Below are positions 1 to 8,169 of a stretch of DNA of 64,000 nucleotides, in pieces. How positions within the stretch are numbered: the first letter of the stretch is position 1; each line of letters begins with the position of its first letter. Where the stretch lies: assembly GCA_041746255.1 (NCBI GenBank), contig JBGTHM010000067.1, positions 11,254 to 75,253 of the forward strand, in the 5' to 3' direction. Source of the stretch: Fibrobacteria bacterium (GTDB lineage Bacteria; Fibrobacterota; Fibrobacteria; UBA11236). A program made the translations under genes and the position numbers. The notes under the pieces were generated by a model. The model was not told the origin of the DNA. It ran no database searches and saw nothing but the letters and a program-made list of their open reading frames with translations.

Positions 1-388
1 GAATGGATTGCATGGCGACATAGTCCTCCCCTCCCTGGGAATGAAAACCGAACCCGTGGGCCTCCCGTAAATCCGGAACATCTATCGCGTGAACGAGTTT
101 TATGGAGCGTGGGTTGGAGATGTCGTAGAAGGCTATTCCTCCTCCCGGCTTTCCGGAATCCTCCCCGTAAACGACGAATAGATACCCCTTGTGCATAGCC
201 GCGGAATTCAAGCCCTTCGCGGCGGAAGGGTTTTTTACCGAAAACTGCCTGATGGTGGACAGTGTCTTGAAGAGCTCGGATTGTTTATAGGTAAGATTGG
301 GAAGGCCCGGCCCTATCTGAGCGGAAACTAAAACCGGGAATAGGAGCAGGGCGAGAGCGGGGGCAAGGAAAAATTTCCCATATTTCAT
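1..388 (-). CDS. Secreted protein with LVIVD-like repeat (partial, runs off the left edge; absent from the ORF track)
   Basis: Manual translation from ATG at 388: MKYGKFFLAPALALLLFPVLVSAQ (signal peptide)...YLFVVYGEDSGKPGGGIAFYDISNPRSIKLV (LVIVD-like propeller repeat). Open to the window edge. Confidence 0.75.
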   Translation of the reverse strand, partial: MKYGKFFLAPALALLLFPVLVSAQIGPGLPNLTYKQSELFKTLSTIRQFSVKNPSAAKGLNSAAMHKGYLFVVYGEDSGKPGGGIAFYDISNPRSIKLVHAIDVPDLREAHGFGFHSQGGEDYVAMQSI

Positions 389-667
389 TATCTTCTCCAG
401 AATCCGTTGGGCGGCAGGCAAATACGATGATCAGAGGATTAATATAAGCTTTTTCCCCGGTAATCGCTTGTCAATAAAAAGCTGCGGCGCATCCCAACTT
501 TAGGACGCCTAAATATTAAAACAAGCCTATGTTACTATTAGAGATTCAAATTTACACTTCGATTTCCTAAAGCCAACGTTCGTGAGGTTGACCAAATGGA
601 CCTGCATAAACATTCGTTGCAATTTCGGGATTTACTATACGCTCCTCTAGAAAAAGAGACGGGAATT

Positions 668-1987
668 ATGCTGCTCCATCGATGCTTCCCGGTAATAGGC
701 CTTCCCGTCCTGATCACATCCTTTGTCTCCTTAGTATCTCTGCTCCTCCTTCCGGTTCGGATTCAAGCCCAACCCGGTCCCGACCTCCTTCCAATCGCAG
801 GAAAACCCCTCTTCGCAAACGGCATCAACGCCGCCTGGAATCATTTCGGCACCGATGTCGGGCGCCATGCTTCGTGGGGCGTACTTTACGACTCTGCGTT
901 TTTCGACGATATGTTCCGCGAAGTGGCGAAGGCCGGCGGCAACTCCGTGCGTTGGTGGCTGCATTGCGATGGACGCTCAACACCGGAATTCGACTCCCAT
1001 GGCATCGTTACCGGACTGGACGTCGAATTTTTCGATCATTTCGATGCGATTTTACGCGCGGCCGTCCGGCATACCGTCAAAGTCATGCCCGTGCTCTGGT
1101 CTTTCGACATGGCCAATGATGTAACGGCCAACGCCGGGCCCTATGGAGGCAAGCATATCAAACTCATTACCGATACGTCCGCCACCCAAGCGTATATCCA
1201 CCATGTATTGACTCCCCTGATTCGTCGCTATAAAGGGCATGCGGGAATTCTCGCTTGGGAAATCTGCAATGAACCGGAATGGATGTTGGAAGGCGACGGC
1301 AGCACCCTGCAACGTGCCAGCGCGCTGGAACTACAACGGTGGCACGGACTCTTGGCCGGCGCCATTCATCGCGAAGACCCTACGGCGCTGGTCACAACCG
1401 GATCAGCTTCCTTCAAATGGAATTGGGATAATCCCACAGGAAGCGAGCGGAATCTGTGGTCGGATTCGGCTTTGATCGCGGCCTCGGGCGATCCGAAAGG
1501 TTTTCTGGATTTTTACCAAGTGCATTATTACTCCTGGATGCGCGGTAACACTTGGACTTACAGTCCTTTCGACAAACCCGCCTCCTTTTGGAAGTTGGAC
1601 AAACCCGTAATGGTCGGAGAGTTTCCTGCGCTGGGAGAAACCGGATATAAAACCTCGGTGGAAATGCACCGGTGGTTGGCCGACCAGGGTTATACCGGTT
1701 CTTTTTCGTGGACCTATAAAGGCAATGACGAATACGGCAAATGGTCCGATGCCAAGCCAGGTGTGGAGTCGATAGCTATCGCCTATCCCCAAGCGGTGCG
1801 ACCGGAAGGGACTTCGCTGCGCTGGCCGATGCCCCTAGTCCGACAGACTCCCCATTGGCAAGCAATCTGGCTGCCGCAGCAAAACGGCATGCTGGTAATA
1901 AGGGAAGCGGGCGAGGGAAGGAGATTCATCCTCACCGGCAGAAAGGTGGATAAGGTTTTCCCCTCACGCTATAATCCGGGGGAATAA
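668..1987 (+). CDS. Secreted GH5 glycoside hydrolase, endo-beta-1,4-mannanase-like (GH5_10-like)
   Basis: GGNSVRWWLHCDGRSTPEFD, WEICNEPEW (acid/base), LDFYQVHYY, VMVGEFP (nucleophile), SFSWTY. Signal peptide ends IQA-Q. ORF is open from 596; ATG 668 preferred. Confidence 0.85.
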   Translation: MLLHRCFPVIGLPVLITSFVSLVSLLLLPVRIQAQPGPDLLPIAGKPLFANGINAAWNHFGTDVGRHASWGVLYDSAFFDDMFREVAKAGGNSVRWWLHCDGRSTPEFDSHGIVTGLDVEFFDHFDAILRAAVRHTVKVMPVLWSFDMANDVTANAGPYGGKHIKLITDTSATQAYIHHVLTPLIRRYKGHAGILAWEICNEPEWMLEGDGSTLQRASALELQRWHGLLAGAIHREDPTALVTTGSASFKWNWDNPTGSERNLWSDSALIAASGDPKGFLDFYQVHYYSWMRGNTWTYSPFDKPASFWKLDKPVMVGEFPALGETGYKTSVEMHRWLADQGYTGSFSWTYKGNDEYGKWSDAKPGVESIAIAYPQAVRPEGTSLRWPMPLVRQTPHWQAIWLPQQNGMLVIREAGEGRRFILTGRKVDKVFPSRYNPGE

Positions 1988-2016
1988 ACCCCCTGTAGCT
2001 TCGCATGAAACTCTTC
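1969..2016 (-). repeat. Displaced duplicate of the asnB 3' end (direct repeat copy 1)
   Basis: 1975-2013 matches 3366-3404 at 34/39 nt. Minus strand reads EEFHAKLQGVYSPGL* versus asnB QEFHAKPQGVYSPGP*, with TAG in the same position. Confidence 0.9.
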
Positions 2017-2036
2017 CTAGCCGCGATTCCCGTGGC

Positions 2037-3236
2037 TTAACGGATAATTTTCCCGGCCCACAGGCGGCCTAAAAATTCTTTCCAGGGCAACACATCCACT
2101 TCCCCCGATCTTCGCGGCTCCGGCTCATTACATACCATAATACTCATGCGGGGACTCGCATCCTGGCGAAAATCTTCCAGGCCTTTGAAATCACTTCGGT
2201 CCAGACGCGAACTTCCCTTTACTTCCACGGCGACTTCGCCTTCTCCTAAAATGAAATCGACTTCAAGGCCGGTTTTGGTGCGCCAATAGCGGATAGAAAA
2301 CTCTCCCTCGGTATAGGACCTATAGGCCAGCAGCTCCATGAATATCCAATGTTCAAAGGCGCGTCCGAACTCCGGCCCCTTGGCCTCCTCAATCCGGCGC
2401 TTGCAGAGCACTCCCGCAACTCCGACATCGAACAAATAAAATTTGGGCGCTTTAGACAAAACGTCACGGCGATGTGTATGCGTATACGGGCGGACGAAAT
2501 GTCCTAAAAGGGTATCTTCCAATATGTGAAAATATTCTTGGATGGTCTTCGACGACACGCCCGAGTCACGGGCAATATTGGAATAGTTCACCATTTCGCC
2601 ATGGCTGAAAGCTACCACGTCCAAAAACTTGGAAAAGGCAGGAACATTGCGTGCCAACCCTTCCGCCAGTATTTCTTCCTTCAAGTAATCATAGACATAA
2701 GCCTGTACTGATTTCCGGTACGCATCTTCCAGATAATGGGAGGGTACCAATCCATGATTTAACACCCGCAGTAGATCAATTTCATGGCCGGATGCTTGCA
2801 GCTCTTCGCTGGTAAGCGGGTGCAGATGATACTTCCATGCGCGGCCACCTAACAGGTTCGCTTGCCCTTTTTTCAGTTTGCGGGCACTCGACCCGCAGAG
2901 AATGAAACTGAGGCCATGGTTTTCGATTAGATAATGTACCTCGTCCAGCACCTGCGGAATTTTCTGCACTTCGTCCAAAATAATGGGGTGGCGCAACAAA
3001 TCCGTGTGTTGTGCCAAAAGGCGCTCGCGTAAAAGCGCGGGACGTTTGGAAATTTCGAAGAATAAATCGGTTTGCAAAAAATCGTAGCGAAGGCTTTGTG
3101 GAAAATGTTCCCGCAAATAAGTTGATTTACCGGATTTGCGGGGACCCCATAAAAAGGCGCTTTTCCCTGGGGGAAGGTGCATCTGGAGCTGCCGGGAAAT
3201 TCTAACTAATTTGGAGTACACTCCATAATAGTACAA
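2037..3236 (-). CDS. AAA+ ATPase (AAA_14) with C-terminal DUF4143 / PD-(D/E)XK-like nuclease domain
   Basis: Walker A GPRKSGKS, Walker B IILDEVQK, LCGSS, LLGGRA, KFYLFDVG, YWRTKTGLEVDFIL...AVEVK. True start uncertain (GTG at 3221 is plausible). Confidence 0.9.
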   Translation of the reverse strand: MYYYGVYSKLVRISRQLQMHLPPGKSAFLWGPRKSGKSTYLREHFPQSLRYDFLQTDLFFEISKRPALLRERLLAQHTDLLRHPIILDEVQKIPQVLDEVHYLIENHGLSFILCGSSARKLKKGQANLLGGRAWKYHLHPLTSEELQASGHEIDLLRVLNHGLVPSHYLEDAYRKSVQAYVYDYLKEEILAEGLARNVPAFSKFLDVVAFSHGEMVNYSNIARDSGVSSKTIQEYFHILEDTLLGHFVRPYTHTHRRDVLSKAPKFYLFDVGVAGVLCKRRIEEAKGPEFGRAFEHWIFMELLAYRSYTEGEFSIRYWRTKTGLEVDFILGEGEVAVEVKGSSRLDRSDFKGLEDFRQDASPRMSIMVCNEPEPRRSGEVDVLPWKEFLGRLWAGKIIR

Positions 3237-3269
3237 CTATTTTAACCTAAGGGTCAAAATAGTTGTACT
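3230..3269. promoter_or_regulatory. 18-bp inverted repeat, probable operator at the 5' end of the AAA+/DUF4143 gene
   Basis: AGTACAACTATTTTAACC-TAAG-GGTCAAAATAGTTGTACT, 17/18 complementary. AT-rich, no U-tract. Confidence 0.6.
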
Positions 3270-3359
3270 TACCCCCCTATTTCCGCTAAAATCGACCCAT
3301 TTTGCGATTTACCCCTAACCGACTTTTTTAACCCAAATAATAATCAGGCGGCAGGAACA

Positions 3360-3407
3360 CTAGGGTCCAGGGGAATAAACCCCCTGTGGTTTTGCATGAA
3401 ATTCCTG
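3360..3407 (-). repeat. asnB 3' end (direct repeat copy 2)
   Basis: Matches 1969-2016 at an offset of 1391 nt. Confidence 0.9.
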
Positions 3408-5318
3408 TATCCAGACGGAGAGCACATAGGCCGACCATAAGAAGGCGGCATGCTTCGTATCGCCCGCCAAAAACCCTCTCCAAATTTCGCGAAGCCTATC
3501 CATGTCGAGATAGGCTTCCAGCGGGGAAGATCGTGAGGATGTATTCGAGGAAGTGTTTGCGCCGAACAATTGCGCTGTGACCCGGGCGCGCCACTTATCA
3601 CGCATATAGGCATCCACGGGGATGGCGAAGCCGGTTTTGGGTTGGGTCAGCAGCGACGGCTCCACCTTTTTTTCCGCCAAGCGACGCAGCAGGTATTTGC
3701 ATTCGCCGCGGCTAATCTTGAGCGCCGCCGGCAAAGTGAAGGCATAGGAAACCAAATCCTGATCGAGCAAGGGGCTGCGCAATTCCAAGGAGTTGGCCAT
3801 GCTCATGCGATCGGCCTTGACCAACACGTTTTCGCACATGTAAAGCCGTGTATCCACGTATAGCGCGCGATTGAGTTCATCCCAGCCTTGGGTACGTTGG
3901 TAAAGAGCGCGCATGATATCCAGAGCCGGGTCCGCGCCCATGCGGAGGGCAGGGTTTAGCGCCGCTTCGCCGCAGCGCAGGGGCGACTGGTCTAGGTAGA
4001 AAGCCTTTATGGAGTCGGAGGCGAGATTACGCAGCACGGTTTTAAGCCGCAAGGGACGCGGCAGCGATTGCGAGTCGGGCCAGAGCGCATGCAATCCCGA
4101 GGCCATGGGGGAAAGGAGAGCTTCGGGAAGCAGTCGGCGCAGACGCTGCTCCATCAAATAGGGGAGGTAACGCGCAGAATACCCCCCGAAAGGCTCGTCA
4201 CCTCCGTCTCCGGTCAAGGCTACCGTGACCTCGCGGCGAGCCGCGCGGCAGATGAGATAGGTAGGCAGGATGGAGGAGTCGGCCAGAGGTTCTCCCAAGG
4301 GATGCATCAGTCTCGGCAGGAGATCGTCTTCGGCCTCGTCCAGGTCGAGCACTTGATGTTGCGCGCCATAATAGGCCGCCGCCTTAATCGCCGCCTGGCG
4401 CTCGTCGCCGATACCGGACATTCTCCCCTGCGATTTGAAGCCCACGGTAAAGGCGCGCACCGGGTCTTGCGAGACGCGCGCCATCGATGCCACCACCAGA
4501 TTGCTGTCTATGCCTCCGGATAGGAATGCCCCCAAGGGCACTTCGCTGATAAGCCGACGCGCCACTCCCTGATCGAGCAGGCCGGACAGCTTTTCCAGCG
4601 CCTCGTTTTCGCTCACCGCCACGCTTCCGGGCGCCGCCTCGGGTTGTATGTCCCAGAATTGCCAATGGCGTATTCCCTCTACCGAAATGCGCAGAGCATG
4701 GCCGGCTTCCAGTTTGCGCACGCCGGCATAAATGCAATGGGGCGCGGGAACGTAACCCAGGGAGAAGTACAGTCGCAAGGCTTCCGGCGAGAGCTTATCC
4801 GGCATAAGACCGCAAGCGCGCAAGGCGTTCACGTCGCTGGCGAAATGGAAGGTACCGGAATTTTCGAAATAGTAAAAGGGCTTTTTACCGATGGGATCGC
4901 GCGCGGCGAAAAGGGTGCGCTTATCGGCATCGTAAAGCGCGAAGGCGAACATGCCCCGCAGGCGCTCCAACAACCCTTCGCCCCAAGCGCGATAGCCATG
5001 CAATAAGACTTCGGTGTCGCTGCGGGTTTTAAAGCGATGGCCTAAGGCTTCCAGTTCTTTACGCAAGGGGCCGAAGTTGTAGATTTCCCCGTTGAACACC
5101 ACCGCGAGTCGGTTGTCGACGGTGCGCATGGGCTGGTCGCCTCCAGCCCGGTCGATAATGCTGAGGCGCCGGTGACCCAGTACCACCCCCTGGTTTTCAT
5201 ACACTCCGTCATCGTCCGGGCCGCGGTAGGCCATGGCCAGGTTCATGCTTTGCGCGCGCGCGCGGGCTTCCGAGGGGAGGTTCGAGTTGGGGGAGAAAAG
5301 GCCGCTGATACCGCACAT
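3360..5318 (-). CDS. asnB: Asparagine synthase (glutamine-hydrolysing) family amidotransferase, polysaccharide-locus type
   Basis: N-terminal MCGI, RGPD, LGHRRLSIID, FNGEIYN, LSGGIDS, LTGDGGDE, KADRMSMANSLELRSPLLD. Confidence 0.95.
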   Translation of the reverse strand: MCGISGLFSPNSNLPSEARARAQSMNLAMAYRGPDDDGVYENQGVVLGHRRLSIIDRAGGDQPMRTVDNRLAVVFNGEIYNFGPLRKELEALGHRFKTRSDTEVLLHGYRAWGEGLLERLRGMFAFALYDADKRTLFAARDPIGKKPFYYFENSGTFHFASDVNALRACGLMPDKLSPEALRLYFSLGYVPAPHCIYAGVRKLEAGHALRISVEGIRHWQFWDIQPEAAPGSVAVSENEALEKLSGLLDQGVARRLISEVPLGAFLSGGIDSNLVVASMARVSQDPVRAFTVGFKSQGRMSGIGDERQAAIKAAAYYGAQHQVLDLDEAEDDLLPRLMHPLGEPLADSSILPTYLICRAARREVTVALTGDGGDEPFGGYSARYLPYLMEQRLRRLLPEALLSPMASGLHALWPDSQSLPRPLRLKTVLRNLASDSIKAFYLDQSPLRCGEAALNPALRMGADPALDIMRALYQRTQGWDELNRALYVDTRLYMCENVLVKADRMSMANSLELRSPLLDQDLVSYAFTLPAALKISRGECKYLLRRLAEKKVEPSLLTQPKTGFAIPVDAYMRDKWRARVTAQLFGANTSSNTSSRSSPLEAYLDMDRLREIWRGFLAGDTKHAAFLWSAYVLSVWIQEFHAKPQGVYSPGP

Positions 5319-5398
5319 AATCCGGAAAAGGTAACCCCTTTTTCATAGGAAATAAGGGCGACGCCGCACGCATGGCTGCCGGACCTTTTCGCTATCCG

Positions 5399-8155
5399 TC
5401 AAAAATCGGTGGCGACCTGAATATCCCGGTTGACTTCGGTAAGAAAATTCTTCCAATGGAATTTGCCGATGCCGGGATGGATCAAGGGAAATTCCTGATA
5501 ATGATCCACCACGGGCAATAAATTTTCCCAATGGGTCTTGGCTTTTTTTATCGCTGTAATCGCACTGGTTTTGTCTCCGGCCGATTTTTTAACCCGATAG
5601 GTTTCCAGAAAAACCGCCGCCCTCAGTTTATCCGCGAAGTAGAGTGAGAGATGGCTCCAAGCCTTCACATCCATGACTTCGCATTCCAATTGCGGCGATC
5701 CGCCGGACACGGCTGATATCAGGCTAAGCGCATTTTCACCGGTGCGCTGCAATTCGTCCGCCAATCCAAGGGGAGTTATTTTTCCGGCCGGGAGAGTTCC
5801 GGCCTGAGCGCGGCTGACATATTCTTTCACCGATAAATATTTGGGGTCATAAACCGGGTGGTCCATCAATTCGCGCAAGGAAATGAAACGCGATTTTCCA
5901 TCATCGAATCCCGATTTGATGAGGGGAGCCAGAAAGCCCTCGGCATGCAGGGTATAGTCCGACCCATACAGGAAATACGAAGCCAACCTCAAGGGCATTT
6001 TGGAAGCGTCGGCATATGCCTTAACCAGGGATGCCCCGGCCTGCGTATTGAATTTTTCCTTAAAGGCATTTTCAAATACGGCATCCGGGGTGGCGGGATT
6101 ATATAACAATCGGCCCCATTGCATATAAAACAACCACTGCCGTTCGTACGAGTAGGTCCAGTTTTTATGGGTGTGGGGAGTCTTGTGAATGTAAGCTTTG
6201 GCCGGAATATAGGTTTCGGATCCGATGTTATATCCGGAAATATACTCCTGGGTGTTCTTACTGATATGCTCGCGAATCCAACCGGGTTCGCCCCAGCGCA
6301 AGGCGAAAAAATCTTCGTTGCGGATGGTCCACACCACGGAATAATTTTTGGGGGGAGGATTCCAATAGGTATCGGTAAGCTCGCCTCCGTGAACATAGAC
6401 AAGATCGGTGGCCGAATGTCCGTGGGACCAATTGTATTTGAAGGAAACCAGGACCGGGCCTTCAATATTGGATGCTTCCAGGTTGAGGCCTTCAAGATAG
6501 TTTCGGGTGAGGACCTCGGTTTCGACGCTGGTGGAGCCGTTAGGAAGCGTATCGCTGGACAAGGGAGCCCGATGCCAGAATTTGGCTTTGCGATTAGCCG
6601 CCTTCATGCCGTCGACAAAGGTCCGGGAAATCCAATCCTTGCGCTCGGCGGGCGTCATTCCCCCCATGCCTTCGCCCAAAGTGATTCCCAGACCGGTTAA
6701 ATCGGGGTATTCATTGATTACTTGGGTAATGGATTCCCGGTGGTAGGTTTCGATGACTTTGCTTTTGCCTCCGTCTCCATGCGAGGATGAAAAGTCGTCG
6801 AGCACATTTTTATCATAATTGTTTTTAAAACCTTGGGTAACGAAAATATTCCAGTTGATGAGATAGGTTTCAATCCCCCGGCTTTTGGCCAATGCGAAAA
6901 GCGATTTCCAGAAATCCTGTTTGGCTTTGAGTTCGGCATCGTTGAAAGGAGAAGCCTTCGGGAAATTTTTGGGCCGAATCAGGTAGGGAAAGGGATGCAG
7001 CGACCACAAGGAAAGGGTATTGAACCGGTTTTCGGCCATCATGTCGATAAAGCCTTTCCAATATTCGATATCCCAAAAAGTATCGGTGTGCAGTTGCAGG
7101 GATTCGTGACGACGGTAGGATGAAAACGGGGTATTGAATTTGATGCTGCGCACCGAGTATTGGGGATTCACCGTTTTCGCCTGAACATTGGCCAAGCCTT
7201 GCATGGAGAGCATTTCCGCCACTTCCAAACCGCCATACATCAATCCCGATTCATCCAATGCTTCCACCATGATTTGTGCGCCCGTTTTCCGGATGGCAAA
7301 ACCCTCTTTTTGCAGGGAGGGGTTGGCCTGGGCGGCGATCAGGCTGAAGGAAATACCCTCCGCCCCGGCTAGGGGTGTTGCGGTGAGCGCCGGTTTTCGG
7401 TTGAGGCGCCTTAACTTTTCCGAGATTTTTCCCGCTGCGAACAATTGGTGCGAGGATTGCAAATTAAGGCTGATTGGGAAGGGCGCACCCACCACCTCGG
7501 GCATTAGGACGACGTCCCCCAAGTCGACCGTTCCCAAAGTAACGGTTACGATCCGGGGCTGATAGGAAGCATGACTGAAATGAATGGAATCCAAAACCCC
7601 GGCATTTAGGTTGGTTTTAGCCAGGCTCATCGGCGGAGCCTGCTTAATCGAAAGGGATGCATCATGGGGTGATGCCCGGCCCATCATCGGAGTAAAGCGG
7701 AAGGTGCGGGCAAAATCAGGTGACTTTACCTGCACAAAAAAAATGCCGGTCTGGGCCGGAGCGATAAGGCGATCCAGATTCCAATGATATTGGCCGGGTT
7801 CGAGGGTTTCGGTGAACTTGTGGATACGTTGCCCTCCCAAGGATGACACCGTTACTTCAATAGGGTTACTGGCGGCGAGAGTGAATTGCAACCGGTTGGC
7901 ATTCACTTGCAAGGTGTTGCGGAAAAGGACGTCGCCGGAAAGGCCGATTCCCACCGCATTGCCCGAAAAGGAAAACTTCCCCAGGGCATCGGTCGTTTGT
8001 TTCTGCCCGTATTTCGGAAACGCTACCGTTACTCCGGGTAGAACTTGTTTTTTATCATCGATGGCTCTTCCGGTTATGTTCAGAGAAACGGTTTGCGATT
8101 GGGTGACTGAAAGCGTCCCGCATAAAACCAGAAGAATCGTTCCTATCATTTTCAT
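5399..8155 (-). CDS. Secreted GH-like protein: carboxypeptidase-regulatory-like N-domain, GH20/67/115-type alpha/beta domain, TIM barrel, helical tail (paralogue A)
   Basis: Signal peptide MKMIGTILLVLCG; EGFAI...DESGLMYGGLEVAE; IKFNTP, MAENRFNTLSLWSLHPFP, GLGITLGEGMG, WTIRNEDFF..RWG, WGRLLYNP. Confidence 0.75.
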   Translation of the reverse strand: MKMIGTILLVLCGTLSVTQSQTVSLNITGRAIDDKKQVLPGVTVAFPKYGQKQTTDALGKFSFSGNAVGIGLSGDVLFRNTLQVNANRLQFTLAASNPIEVTVSSLGGQRIHKFTETLEPGQYHWNLDRLIAPAQTGIFFVQVKSPDFARTFRFTPMMGRASPHDASLSIKQAPPMSLAKTNLNAGVLDSIHFSHASYQPRIVTVTLGTVDLGDVVLMPEVVGAPFPISLNLQSSHQLFAAGKISEKLRRLNRKPALTATPLAGAEGISFSLIAAQANPSLQKEGFAIRKTGAQIMVEALDESGLMYGGLEVAEMLSMQGLANVQAKTVNPQYSVRSIKFNTPFSSYRRHESLQLHTDTFWDIEYWKGFIDMMAENRFNTLSLWSLHPFPYLIRPKNFPKASPFNDAELKAKQDFWKSLFALAKSRGIETYLINWNIFVTQGFKNNYDKNVLDDFSSSHGDGGKSKVIETYHRESITQVINEYPDLTGLGITLGEGMGGMTPAERKDWISRTFVDGMKAANRKAKFWHRAPLSSDTLPNGSTSVETEVLTRNYLEGLNLEASNIEGPVLVSFKYNWSHGHSATDLVYVHGGELTDTYWNPPPKNYSVVWTIRNEDFFALRWGEPGWIREHISKNTQEYISGYNIGSETYIPAKAYIHKTPHTHKNWTYSYERQWLFYMQWGRLLYNPATPDAVFENAFKEKFNTQAGASLVKAYADASKMPLRLASYFLYGSDYTLHAEGFLAPLIKSGFDDGKSRFISLRELMDHPVYDPKYLSVKEYVSRAQAGTLPAGKITPLGLADELQRTGENALSLISAVSGGSPQLECEVMDVKAWSHLSLYFADKLRAAVFLETYRVKKSAGDKTSAITAIKKAKTHWENLLPVVDHYQEFPLIHPGIGKFHWKNFLTEVNRDIQVATDF

Positions 8156-8169
8156 ACGATGGTACCTGC

